From NCBI RefSeq assembly GCF_006345805.1, contig NW_021832221.1, positions 1 to 64,000 of the forward strand: a DNA stretch of 64,000 nt, read 5' to 3'. This document shows, piece by piece, positions 22,980 to 35,164 of the stretch (position 1 is its first letter; every line of letters begins with the position of its first letter). The position numbers and the translations under genes were made by a program. This stretch comes from Octopus sinensis (lineage: Eukaryota). The notes beneath the pieces are model-generated. The model made no database searches. It was not told the DNA's origin and worked only from the letters and a program-made list of their open reading frames with translations.

Positions 22980-24827
22980 TGTGACATGGTTTGCGCGATA
23001 CCTATGGGCCGCGCGATACCTGACGTGACCTTGAAATGTGCAATTATGACATTGATGGGATTAAATTATAAATCTTTTAATTAGACCGCGACTCATTCTT
23101 ATCATTTAATAATTTACTAAATTAGCTAAAGACTCTCTCATTTTGACAAAAAATTATATTTTTAGGAATTTAATTATCAGAAATTAATTTTTTTTGGTGG
23201 AAAACCTAAATTTCTTGAGTTATTTCTAGCGTGCAAGTATATTTTGCAGCAATGTCCTCGTAGAAAGGTTATGTAAAGAATAGTTTGGAATATCAAATTT
23301 TAAAAGATGCTTTACAGGATAAATTTCCTGAACATCTTACAAAGCAAAAAAAATATAGACTAGTTAAGAAAATTGAAAATTTTACTGTAATTAATGAAAG
23401 GTATCATACAAATTGTAAATGTATAGATTGTATCTTAAATGTGCGAATTCAGATCACAAGCTAGTGATTTGCCTAGACAATGAACCCGAAATGGAGATCG
23501 TTGCTAATAGTTTGCATGACTTCTCGCATGGAGGAGTTAACAAAATTGAATATGAATGTCGACAACGATATTTCACAGTTAAAAACGAGATTATTCGAAA
23601 AGTCATTCGAAACTGTGAAATTTGTAAATTTGCGCGACCCTTAAAAGTTTTAACTTTTTTAAATCCTAGATTGGAGATATAAATAACTATGTCTTTGCAT
23701 CTTGCCCAAATGAAAGATTTCAGATAGATCTTATAGATCTGAAAAGTTTTTCTACTATAAATAAAAATTTTAAATGGATTTTAACGGTCATTGACGTATA
23801 TAGCAGGTTAGTTTTTTTAACAATTTTTATAGATTTGCATTTGCGAGGCTGCTCTACACTAAGTCCTCAAATGAAGTTTGTGAAAACCTTAGATCATTTT
23901 TTTTCTTAAATGGTCCGTGTCAATTTCTTCAGTCCGATAATGGGACTGAATTCAAGAATCGTGAAATGACCAATCTATGTGAGGAATTCAATATCAAACG
24001 AATTCACGGAAGGCCAAACCCCCCGCTCACAAGGGATTGTCGAACGCTTCAACCAGTCAATTACAAGAAAAATGGCAAAAATGATCGACAATGATAATAA
24101 AAAGTGGCTGGAAAAATTAGAAAATGCAGTGTACAGTTATAACATTTCTGTCCACTCATCTTCTAATGAGAGCCCTTTTGAAAGATACCGGGGAATAAGT
24201 GGAATAAATACAATATTTTATGGTTGTAATTATAAAATTATTCCTTAGATAATTCAAGTAATGATTGTTGAGTCCTGATCAAGTCGATGATGCAAACAAT
24301 TGTCCGAGTCCAATTGAAAATTCATGTAATTTGAATTTCTATATGTAGATGACTGTAATTATTCGTTTACAAGTCCGAAAAGATTTCAGTTCGAAATCAA
24401 CCCCATTGATCCTAATTCTAATTATTACAAAGCGATGAACAGAAAAATGAATGTTCACAATAGTAAGTATGAATTTAGTGTTGGTGATAAGGTATGCATA
24501 AAAATTAATGTTTAGGTTCGAGTTAAAAAGACTTTGGAACAAATCCTTCGTTGCGACTGGATAAGTTTGAATCTTCATATTATCCATCTGCAGAAATTAT
24601 CAGTATTTTATCGAACAATCGCGTTGAGGTAGTTTAAACATTTAAATTTAATAGATAAAAAATTCGATGAGCAAAATTTCGATTGTGCCAATGTCCAGAC
24701 TTAAAAAATAATTAACAAGTTATTATTCTTTGAAGTTTAATATTAATTACAATATTGACATTAAGTTAAGCTTCAAGGTCACGTCAGGTAACCGGTTGCC
24801 CATACGTATCCAGCCGCCCATGTCACA
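22980..24827 (+). mobile_element. Ginger/TDD-like DNA transposon (retroviral-type integrase), 1.85 kb
   Basis: Imperfect ~56-bp TIRs TGTGACATGG...TACCTGACGTGACCTTGAA; perfect 5-bp TSD TATTA (22975-22979 / 24828-24832). Confidence 0.88.
23252..24710 (+). CDS. Ginger-type integrase (H2C2 zinc finger, rve DDE core, C-terminal domain), six micro-introns, a few disabling indels/stops
   Basis: HDFSHGG..CEIC; ERFQIDLIDL; IDVYSRFAF; LQSDNGTEF; PRSQGIVERFN. Introns 23401-23426, 23647-23669, 23807-23832, 24223-24248, 24492-24515, 24629-24654. Confidence 0.8.
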
Positions 24828-25419
24828 TATTATCATATTTGACTTTGACAGAATGTGCAATCACAGATTGCACGACTTTGAATAGAGTGTGCAATTAACA
24901 GATTTTGAAAAACCACTTTGATAGTTGAAACCAGATTAGCACAATCATTAACACAATTTACCACCAATTGACGCACGACCTTGAATAGAGTGTGCAATTA
25001 ACTGATTTTGAAAAACACTTTGATAGTTGAAACCACATTAGCACAATCATTAACACAATTTACCACCAATTGACAGCGCAATCAGAAGAATTTGCGTAAA
25101 AATATTAGCTATTTAGTTAAGTTTTTCGTGAAGATAGAATTTATTTTCGGTATGCTCTTTTCCTAATTTTTTTATTATTCAAAAATAATTTTTTCAATAG
25201 ATAACCGAAAGAGGGAAGACGACCTTAAGAAAAGAGTTTTTCGTAAAGATAGAATTTATTTTCTGTATGCCTCTTTTTTCCTAATTTTTTTATTATTCAA
25301 AAATAATTTTTTAATAGATAACCGAAGGAGGAAAAATGAAGCTGAAGAAAGATGGCTAACGTAAGAGAGGCGACGATATTAACAGGTAAGTATTGAGGTG
25401 AGGATGTTTATATTCCACG

Positions 25420-25675
25420 AATTCCGATAATTTCTGATGAATTACCATTTAGATTTAAAAGGCTGCAATTTCCTTTGAGGATGAGTTTTGCAATGACAAT
25501 AAACAAGGCCCAGGGACAGTCATTAAAGGTAGTTGGGTTATTTTTAGAGAGTGAGTGCTTTTCACATGGACAGCTGTATGTGGGATGCTCGAGGGTAGGC
25601 AGAAGAGAAAATTTATTCATATATGCCAAGGAAGGACGGACGACAAACATCGTTTATCAACAGGCGATAGAATAG
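25420..25675 (+). pseudogene. C-terminal fragment of the Helitron PIF1-like helicase
   Basis: RLQFPLRMSFAMTINKAQGQSLKVVGLFLESECFSHGQLYVGCSRV..T.NIVY. Confidence 0.92.
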
Positions 25676-26329
25676 GGTTACATTAAACCAGGTAGTTTTA
25701 TACATCTACATAAACTTATAGTTGTTTGATGAAACAGGCCCTCCGCAGGAGCTAGGTCGCGGTGAGCGAAGCGAGCTGCCGAGCTAGTAGTTTTATAAAC
25801 AAAAACATTAATCAATTTTATCAAGCAGTTATTGATAACTTGAGAAATATTTCAGAACGACTAACACCATAGATCCTTGTCTTCAGATGACTAATCATTC
25901 GATCTCTTCCAAAATGATTAGAATTATGCTCGGACTATTTTAAGATGATACAACCAATACTTCAATTATTAGTAATTTTAGTTCTGCATCTTCAATACAA
26001 AAAAAATCGTAGTTTTAGGTCATTTCTTCGTATATAAGCTTTTTTGAATATTTTTTATTTGAAAATACGCTTGCGGTCCCAGCAGATGCCGGGTCCCAGC
26101 AAAAACCGGTCACATTATATACATTAAGAACCGATAATAATGGAGGAGATAAACATAACAATATATAATAGTAAAAGACAATAATGTCTGAATGGGCGCT
26201 GTATATCATCTTAACAAAATATTGGTGGCGTCTCTTGATAGATCGAGCATTCGCAGCTATGATTTTGATTTGAACTATGTTGCTTGCATTCTCTCTCTAA
26301 TAGGAGCCGTTGCAGCATTTCAGGTTCCA

Positions 26330-26930
26330 CACCCAGTTTTGTCAGGGCTCCCATAAAATGGCGAAAGAATAACAAAAAGGCATTTCTGTTGTGCTTTTCC
26401 TGATTAGAGAGGGCACTTGTTTGTGGCGAGATATTGTCTGAAGGAGGCTTGTCTTCTTGCGGGCGTCAGCCGTAGGAATCGAGTTGATGTCGGGGTCGAG
26501 TTCAGGTAAAGTCTAAATGCAGACATCGGCTTTGGATAGACTCGGAGTTGGCCCCTTTGCTCAGATCGATTCAATCCGTTTGGCTTTGTCTAGCGGACCG
26601 GGTTTCTAGCTGGCAGATTGTGAACAATCCGTTTGGCTGCTGTCGCGCTTGGGCGGACGGCATCCGCAGTAACAAGCTAGGTATCCGAGGTTGTTGAAAT
26701 TTATGCAGATACTCTCAACAAGAGCTATTCTTTGCTTTCGGGCAGCTTTTATGCCTGTGTTCGTCCCCACAGAGTAGATACCGGAGTTTTCGGTGCACAT
26801 ATTGGATGTGTGTGCAAACGGTTGCACCGGAAGCATCTTACAACTGGGCGCTTGTGCCATTTGCATTGGATATGCCTGAAACCCAAGCTGTAATTCCGAC
26901 GCTGCTGAAGATTTTATCCTCGGCTCTACC
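26330..26930 (-). pseudogene. Possible decayed LINE ORF1 (Cys/His knuckle) fragment
   Basis: GC-rich island with HIQY..LLCGDEHRHKSCP, resembling Jockey/I-group ORF1 knuckles; many stops. Confidence 0.4.
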
Positions 26931-26934
26931 GTTA

Positions 26935-27850
26935 TGATATTTCTTCAAATAAATGTTCCTTTTTCAAAAATTCTCTTCCTTTGATTTTTTCTTTAATAAA
27001 GGCTTAAACATTCTCTATGGGGTTCAAATCTGGGCTTTGTGCAGGCCATGGTAGCAATTCGATATTATTTACTTGAAAAAAGCGCCTTGCTATTGCCGAA
27101 GTATGTTTCAGATGATTGTCATGTTGGTAACTAGGATCTTTATGTTCGATTTTGTTCAGAAATGAGATAATTTTATTCGTTAATATGTTAACATGCAAAG
27201 TTCCACCCATCTTCTCTTTTATCAAAACCAAATTAATGAATCCAATAATGCTCATGGCACCCCATAACATGATAGTTCCTCTACCGAATTTTACTGTTTT
27301 TGTCAGATTGTTTTTTAAATATTTTTCCTTGCGATTTCTTCATACAAAAGTTCTTCCATCACTATTGTACATATTAAATTTACTTTCATTACTTAAAATA
27401 ACTCGCTCCCAAAATATTTTGAGAGCATATTCAATGTTTGGCATAGCGTCAATTATTCAAGTTTACAGGTTTTTGGTAAGAAGTGGTCTTTTCGTAAACG
27501 GATACAGCATTCAGACCAATTTTTTATGGTACTTCTTATTGTTTAAGCTGTTACTGATTTCCATTCTTTTTTGTAAATTTTTTGGCAAATTTAAAACAGT
27601 TGAAATTGACATCCACTTTTCAAGCCTCTTTAATTTAAAATATTTCTTGAAGATTGAACAACGATGGTCGACCAAACCCGACTTTTTTGTCCGTCGAGCA
27701 CTTATTTAAATAGCTTCTGATAATTTTCGATATCATGCCGAGCAATATTTTGGTGATATCTTGTATTTCTCTGTATGTTTTTCCAGATTTATATATGCCA
27801 ACTATTCTGCCTTTTTCTTCAGATGTTCAATGATTAGCCATGTAGAGAGA
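26935..27850 (-). mobile_element. Degraded Tc1-like transposase
   Basis: SDESKFNL.GSDG; VKFGRGTIMLWGAM; YQHDN..KHTS..WPAQSPDLNPIENV. Many stops; TIRs not found. Confidence 0.85.
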
Positions 27851-28841
27851 TTAGAAATGATTGAATTTGAACTAATTTTAAAAAAATAAAACTTTTTCTT
27901 TGATATATTTAAGTGAATTAAATTTGTTCAGTTTTTTTTGGTTTTGAATTTTCGATTTCTTAAAAAAGCGCATAAATATATATTTCAAAAAAACTAAAAA
28001 ACCTAAAATACTTTATTTCATGTAAATAATTAATTTGAGACATATTTGTAATATTGTCCCATTGTAAATATATGAGAAAATGAAACTTGTCTGCTACAAA
28101 ATCTTTAGTTAATTCTAGCAAATGAGTTGTTTTTATTTTAATCCATATCAGTTGAATCTTTTTATATATACATAACTAATGAAAAAAAATTACGAAACAG
28201 AGCTACAAAACCTCGAGAATGAAGTGGGAAAGTACATACACGAAGCCCAAATGTATGTATCTGTAAAAATGCTAGGGCGAAGGAAGAAATCTGAAAATCA
28301 AACTATACAATATGTTTGTACTCTTTTTTAATATCTCTTCAAAATTTTCCCAGACCACAGAATGTTCGATTCTCCTCTAATATTACTAATCGTTTCTTTT
28401 CCGTATTTATTAATTTGTGACAGCTTTATTTAACTCTTTAGAACAAGAATCTCGCTTTTTCCTTAACATAAGTTGCAAATCTTGAAAATTACCCTGCGCA
28501 AATAATTACTTTATTTAACATGTGAAAATGAAAGAGACAAAAGGACAAAATTACTTTAAGTACTGCACATGTGTATTTTTTATTTCTTATTGCAAAAAAT
28601 AATAGTTAAATAACTGGTATGCACCCATAGTCTGCAAGGTGGTTTTACCAGAACTGTTAAAATTGAAAGTAGAAACATATTGTAGATAAGTATTTAGATC
28701 TGATATCAGCCGAGAAAATCTGAAACAACGAATTACTCAATTAACATGAATTCATAATTGCATATTATTCAAAATAATTTTCGAGGTCTAATAATTATTT
28801 TTTTCGTTGTTTTTTCCTAATGATAAAATAATTTCCTTATA

Positions 28842-30751
28842 CAATATAACCTCCATTTGGGGCAGACCTCTGGCTTGGGGAACCTCTATTTTTGGGGAAA
28901 CCTCTATTTTTGGGGTAGTTTGAAAAGGATATAATTTTTATGCGGTAATTTCCAAATTTAGAAATTACTGGAACCTCTAAGTGGGGCACAGGATTTTTAA
29001 TTTATATACATATTTGCTATTAAAATTAAAATTAATTATATAAAATTTCATTTGGAAGCCTCGTGTAATTTTTGTATTCTTGTTGTTATGGCTCGTAAGC
29101 TTAGTCTTGAGTTAAAGATCAAAATTGCCAAGGAATTAAGTGAAAATAAACATCTTACTGAACGAGATATTGTAGATAAGTACAAAATTAGTAAAGGTTT
29201 TTTATTAATGTAAGTTTTTAGGCGCTGTGTCACGTATTAAAAAAATTATCTCAATTTTTTTAATACTGGGGCTGTTCAAACAGATTTTCCCAGAAATATT
29301 CTACGCTCTCCTCATACTTTATCCCAAAAATTGGATAAATTGTTTTTGAGGCTTTCACCAAGACAAGGGAAGAATTTATTCCTGTGTCCGGTCCTCTTTT
29401 AAAAAATATTGCTTCCAAAGTAGCAAGGATGTTGAATTATTCGGCGTTCAAAGGGTCCAATGGCTGGTTGGAAAAATTTAAGAAAAGACATATGTTGTCA
29501 TTTAAGACAATTAGTGGAGAGAAAAACTCTTCCGATGTTTCTTCGCTTGATATGTTTTTTTCCAAGTATGATGAATACGTAAAAGAATATGGTCTTCAAA
29601 ATATTTTTAATTGCGACGAAACTGGGTTATATATTAAAAGGATACCTTCAAAATCATTTGTAAGTTCGGATGAAGATTGTTTCGGAATTAAAAGGAGTAA
29701 AGAAAAATTCACTATTCTTTTGTCGGTCAGTGCTTGTGGCGAAAAATTGAAGCCATTGTTAGTAGGAAAATATAAATCCCCACGTTGTATGAAAAACTTT
29801 AACCCTGAAGAACATGGAGTTTCATATTCATCATCTAAAAACAGTTGGATGACATCAGAAATATTTATTACATGGCTCACCATTACAAATGAACAAATGA
29901 TTACGCAAAAGAGAAAAATTGTTTTGTTACTTGATAACGCAAGCTGTCACAAATATATCCATCTTTCCAACATTGAATTGTTTTTTCTCCCAAAAAATAC
30001 AACCTCATTAATTCAACCGTTAGACATGGGTATTATTAAATCTTTCAAGTCCAATTATCTTAACGCTTTATTGGATTTTACTCTTTATTTTGAGGACGTT
30101 GAGTTACAAATTGTTAATTTAAAAAAAAAATCTTCGTCATGTCATAATAATTGTTGGAAAAACATGGCAAAATTTAAATCCTGAAACAATAACGAATTGT
30201 TGGGAAACAATTAATAACTATCGGCAACAGATTCCTAGTTCAAATTTTTTAGTTAACAGTGAGAAAGAAAATTTGGACACGATAATTGCAGACGTAATTG
30301 CTGAAAATGAAGAAGAAAATAATGATGAGTCATATATGACCAAACTGAATGCAACTGTTCACACTTGGACACGATAACAGCAATGAATAACCTTGAAGAG
30401 AATATTCACCGTTTGTTTCCCGATGCGTTAAAAGACTATTACAATTTCAGAAAAATATTGGGCATACATATGAAGAAATCTGCAACAGGAAACAAAATAA
30501 CAGATTATTTTCGTGTAATAGAATAAAAATTTTTTTCTACTTGAAAAATACTCTAATTATCAATAAAATTAGTGGAAAACATGTTTAAATGTTCTTAAAA
30601 ATACTTTATTTATTTATAAATTAATGAAAAATATGCTAAAACTATTAAAATTTTTATAAAAATAAAGAAAATTTCAGACCTCCATTTTTGGGGAAACCTC
30701 TATTTTTGGGGCAATTTTTCAAAATTGATGCCCCAAATGGAGGTTATACTG
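28842..30751 (+). mobile_element. pogo/Tigger element, 1.9 kb, near full length (CDS from 29088)
   Basis: 23-bp TIR CA(A/G)TATAACCTCCATTTGGGGCA, TA TSD; HTH, SNGWLEKFKKRH, FNCDETG, LLLDNASCH, IQPLDMGII; 25-nt intron 29197-29221; homopolymer frameshifts. Confidence 0.92.
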
Positions 30752-31324
30752 TATTTTAGTAGAAATTTTTTTGAATTATGTTATTGTGGGCTTTAGAAAT
30801 GTTAACTATTGCGGTACAAACGTCAAAGATTATATTTAGATTCTTTATAATCGATTTTAGCGAGAAATTAAATAAAAGCCTCAAGAAACTGTATTATTTT
30901 TTCAGCATTGTTTTTTAATACTTTTTTAATTTTCACAACACTTGTTCAGGGTTGACTTTTAACCAGACTTGAGCATTCCGATTAAAATCGATAAAATGAA
31001 AGTTTTATCTAAAATTCGGCCACCTTTACATTGCATTTTTATCCCAAATTGATGTTGTTCCATTTTTCCAAATATGGATGTTACGGTTGATTATATATAT
31101 AAATGGTCGGAATGTTTTTACTCTGAAGTATCAAAAGTTTTTCAACAAAGATTTTTCTTGTATTTTTATTGATCTCTAATCGTCTTTATTTTTCAAATCT
31201 AACATCTTTTAAAGTGTAGTAAAATAAATTCAATTAATAAAATACTGTTGATTTTAACACTGAGATATTCTATTTTAGATAAAAATGCTACTATCTTGCA
31301 AATTTGGGAGCAAGTTTGCTTGTA

Positions 31325-32844
31325 CAGTACCGCTCAAATGTTTCGGACCACCCTATTTTTCTCAATTTCCAAGTCAATCCTAAATTATTTTTATACGGTT
31401 CTTTAGAGAAACTTATTAGATAAGCTTAAACACATTTATTCTATTTTAAAAACTTGGACAGATATTCATGTTTGGCGCAATTTTAAAATTATCGATTTTA
31501 TACTCGATCATATGTTCCGGACCAGTTTAAAAAAAACCGAAAATTTATTAAACTTATAAAAAGTTAATAATTAATATTTCCTCCGTTGTTCGTTATAACA
31601 GCATTTATTCGCTCTGGAAGTGAATTGTATAATTTTTCAATGTACGAATTATCAATCTCGTACCAAATTTTTTTGGTCAAATTCCAGAGCTCTGGAAGAT
31701 CTTTTGGTTCCAGATCATAAAGTTTTTGTTTTAGTACCGACCACATATTTTCAATAATATTCAGTTCGGGTGACTGGCTCGGCCAAGTTTCTAAGATTTT
31801 TATTTGTTTCCTTTGAAAAAAATTCATTGTCGACATGGACCGATGGGAAGGAGCGCCGTCTTGCTGGAGATACATGGTCTCATCATAAAAATTTTCGAGT
31901 CCAACATTTATAATTCTCTGATACTCTGCGGAATCAACATTTTTAATGCATAAGACAATGTTTCTCCATCCATTTGCAGCAATAGCTCCCCAGACCATAA
32001 TGCTAGGAGAAAATTTTCGTGTTTTTAAACAATATTTTGAGTCAAATCTAGAGTTTGGTGGCCTTCTAACATAATTTTTTGTGTTTGAATGCAAATTTAT
32101 TTTGCATTCATCACTAAAAATAATTTTACCCCAATCATTTTGGCTCCAAGTTAATTTCTCAATGCACCAATTTTTTCTAGCCTTTTTATGGCATATGGAA
32201 AGACTTGGTTTTGGGCATTGCTTTCGCCCATTCAAATTATTTCTTTGTAGGCATCTTTTAATTGTATTTGTGCTTACAATAGAATTTAATTTCATATCAA
32301 ATTTAATTTGATTTGCCGTTTTTGTGGGGTCTGCTTTCGAAATTCTCACTAATTTGCGTTCAGATCTTGGGGATAACAATCTCGGTCGACCAGATTTGGG
32401 TCTGTCGGAATATAGTCCAACGGATGAATATCTGGAAATTGTTCTTTGAACAGCAGTTTTGGATATTTTTAATTTTTCGGCAATTTCTCTTTGTGAAGCT
32501 CCATCTTTAAAAAAAGTGATGATAGCGACCCGATCAACCAGTGAAACACGCGGCATTTGTTATTTATTAGTCTTTTGTTTTTATTGAATCAAAAATTATT
32601 TAAATTTAAAGAGATTTAACTGGTTCGAAACATATGATTGCAACTGGTCCGGAACATATGATCGAGTCAAAAATCAATTATATTCAATTGGCGCCAAACA
32701 AAAATATTTAAAGAAAATTTTAGAATAGAATAAATGTATTTAAGCTTATCTAATAAGTTTCTCTAAAGAACCGTATAAAAATAATTTAGGATTGACTTGG
32801 AAATTGAGAAAAATAGGGTGGTCCGAAACATTTGAGCGGTACTG
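31325..32844 (-). mobile_element. Intact Tc1-like element, 1.52 kb, ~200-bp IR/DR-type TIRs, TA TSD
   Basis: CAGTACCGCTCAAATGTTTCGGACCACCC at both ends; inner direct repeats TATGTTCCGGACCAGTT. Confidence 0.95.
31564..32556 (-). CDS. Tc1 transposase, 330 aa, uninterrupted, DD35E spacing
   Basis: GRPR; FSDECK; QQDGAPSH; SPELNIIENMW. 35 residues between the second D and the E by my count. Confidence 0.95.
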   Translation of the reverse strand: MPRVSLVDRVAIITFFKDGASQREIAEKLKISKTAVQRTISRYSSVGLYSDRPKSGRPRLLSPRSERKLVRISKADPTKTANQIKFDMKLNSIVSTNTIKRCLQRNNLNGRKQCPKPSLSICHKKARKNWCIEKLTWSQNDWGKIIFSDECKINLHSNTKNYVRRPPNSRFDSKYCLKTRKFSPSIMVWGAIAANGWRNIVLCIKNVDSAEYQRIINVGLENFYDETMYLQQDGAPSHRSMSTMNFFQRKQIKILETWPSQSPELNIIENMWSVLKQKLYDLEPKDLPELWNLTKKIWYEIDNSYIEKLYNSLPERINAVITNNGGNINY

Positions 32845-33379
32845 TATAGCATCAGCCATATAGATGTAGTATACTTGTGTAATTTTTCATACTTAATTTT
32901 AATGACCAAGGTGGGAAAGACCTCTAGTCGTGCTGCAACACCGAAGGTAATTCTACCCCCGGCGCGGGCAATCTTCCTCGGGTGTGCATCCATTTCCGAA
33001 GACGATTTACCAGTACCTAAATTGTTAGAGACCGGACGGTACATGAAGCGACACGTTTAGGTTTCCCCACGGTACGCCAGCCGCCCTCACAGGTTACCTG
33101 AGTAGGTTTTACATCACCTCCTGTTCGCGATCGTTTTGCACCACTTTTTTCTACTTTAATATTCTTATTTTTGTGCACCACAGGAAACACAACCATTCTC
33201 GCAAAACGAACGAAAATTTTATTTTAAAAAGGCTGTTAGTAGAGGGTAGATTAAGATGCAAACCGATTGAGAACGTTCTCTCTCGAAAGCCAACAAACTG
33301 TGTTGTATTGAAGAAGATCAGTATATTTATTGTTGGTTTCGTTTAACAAATCTTTAAATAGCCTATGTTTAAGTTCCTC

Positions 33380-33570
33380 GAATATATAATAATATATTAC
33401 TCATGATATAATTAAGTTAGTAATCTTTATGACCAATTCCATCACTTCTAAAATTTCTTTTGGAAACGTTTGCGAAGATAGTGCTTCTTGGTTGATAATA
33501 CAATGTAGAGTAATAACTTCATGGTCAATTCTCTTTTTAATTAGCGTCAACGATTTTATTAAGAGAAATA
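33380..33570 (-). pseudogene. hAT (Buster-like) transposase remnant
   Basis: VITLHCIINQEALS..VMELVIKITN resembles the HCIIHQEAL motif. Confidence 0.55.
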
Positions 33571-34156
33571 AAATTTGTTTTAAAATATTCTACGACTGCA
33601 CCAACAAGATTTTTACCACGGGTTTGACACTTTATAGGACAATCAAGAAAAGCATGGAGGGAATGGCCACTGAACATAGACATGGCAAGAGGGTTGACAA
33701 GTTTCGAAGGAGACTAATAGTCTTATCGCTAGAAGAAAAAACTGGGAATGTCAGTAAACCCATCAGAGGAGTTGATTCTCTTACTACAATAAAAAAAGAA
33801 GAGATGTCAATACGTAACATGTCAGCGAAGTAGCACTCCTAAAAAAAGAAACATTAGAGTCCAACTAAAGATTATTAGAGTCTAATGGTTAGATCTTCGT
33901 ATTTCTTAAATATATGCTCGTGCATATATTCGTGCTCAGTTGAAAGATGTTTCTCTGAGATAAAAAATTTTCTAAGACCCAACCGAAATTTTCTAGCGGA
34001 AAATTTAGAAATTCTGTAATTTGTATGTGTAACAAAAAGTTTTAGTGCTTTTATTTAATCTTTAACTTAAATTTTTAGGTTAATTTTTCTAGTTCTTAGT
34101 GTAATCAAGTTATTTTTTGGTTTATTATTTTTTAGCTTACAAAAATCGGCCTAGTA

Positions 34157-34570
34157 ATTATAATTGATTTGAAGTTCAAAAATGAACTTCCATGCAAATT
34201 GAATTTATTGGTGTTAAAAAAGAGGCTTTTCCTTTTTATGCCCCAAGCGACCCTCAGTGGTTGCATTTATATCTTGCCGGCATATTTGTTTCATAACCTA
34301 TTTTTTTACCCGCATGAAAGCAGGGTTTATGGACTGCTATCTATATGGCCATATGGCCATAAGTAGTTTACTTTAAATTATAAGTAATAAAGCTAATCAA
34401 TGACTATTTTAGTCTGCTACAATATTTTAATTAATTCGTCGATCATTACTTAATTCTAAAAAAAATTCTGTTCAACATTTTCCCATGCTCAGTGACGTTT
34501 GATTCTGCCCAGATATTAGAATAAAGGTTTCTTATCTATATTCCCCGTTTGTGACAGCGTGCATTCTATA
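34157..34570. repeat. Dispersed ~430-bp repeat, copy 2
   Basis: Homologous to 14745-15172, same orientation. Confidence 0.8.
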
Positions 34571-35164
34571 ACGATTTTAATTCATTTAATTAACTGTTCG
34601 TGATTAAACAAAAAATGATCTTGAATGAGTTAGCAATTAACAGATTTTGAAAAACACTTTAAAAGTTATTTAATTTGTATATGTAACAAAAATTATTTGT
34701 GTTTTTATTTTATTTTTTTTTAATAAAAACAAAGAAATACAACAGTCGTGAGTTCGATTCCGAAGGAGGCAGTTTTCATCCTGGGGCCAATCCTCGTTAT
34801 CGTTCCCCTGCCCGTGAGGCAACGAGTACTTCTGGCACGACACAGTTGGAAATGGGAATCTCTTACCTTCCTTCCGGTCTTAGCGTGGCGTTATGGGGTC
34901 CACCATGTCAGTTGGAAAATGTCAGTTACCGAGCCGGACAGGTTACACTTGTGTGCTTAGAAAAAAATTTGGTGGTCTTTATTTTGAAAAGCACGTCAAG
35001 GTTTGTTGTACGTAATGGGGTTTAATGACAGCCTGCGCGTCGCTCTTATAACACTTCTGCCTTTCTTGTTTCCTCGTCTTCTTGAGAATGATGTTCGATT
35101 TTAAATTGATAATTAAACTAGGAAATTCCATTTGACCTGAATGTGTTTTTGAGGACATATCTTT

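Larger units (their letters stand above)
21709..25787 (+). mobile_element. Non-autonomous Helitron (~2.2 kb native) containing a satellite array and the RepHel helicase 3' end
   Basis: A|TC 5' end, (GTCT)n, tandem arrays, helicase C-terminus, GC-rich hairpin GGTGAGCGAAGCGAGCTGCC, CTAG|T 3' end, no TSD. Confidence 0.85.
21187..26114. mobile_element. TGT...ACA TIR element (Ginger/TDD-like, non-autonomous, ~850 bp native) with a telomere-like array, interrupted by a Helitron
   Basis: Left TGTCACCGGTTTTTGCTGGGACCGGCATCTCCTTGGACCGC versus right reverse complement TGTGACCGGTTTTTGCTGGGACCCGGCATCTGCTGGGACCGC. Flanks TATTA / TTATA form an imperfect TSD. Confidence 0.65.

Noticed and set aside
32900-33130. 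GC-rich island next to the Tc1 element, possible structured RNA or LINE 5' UTR
   Set aside because: No recognisable motif, fold or second copy.
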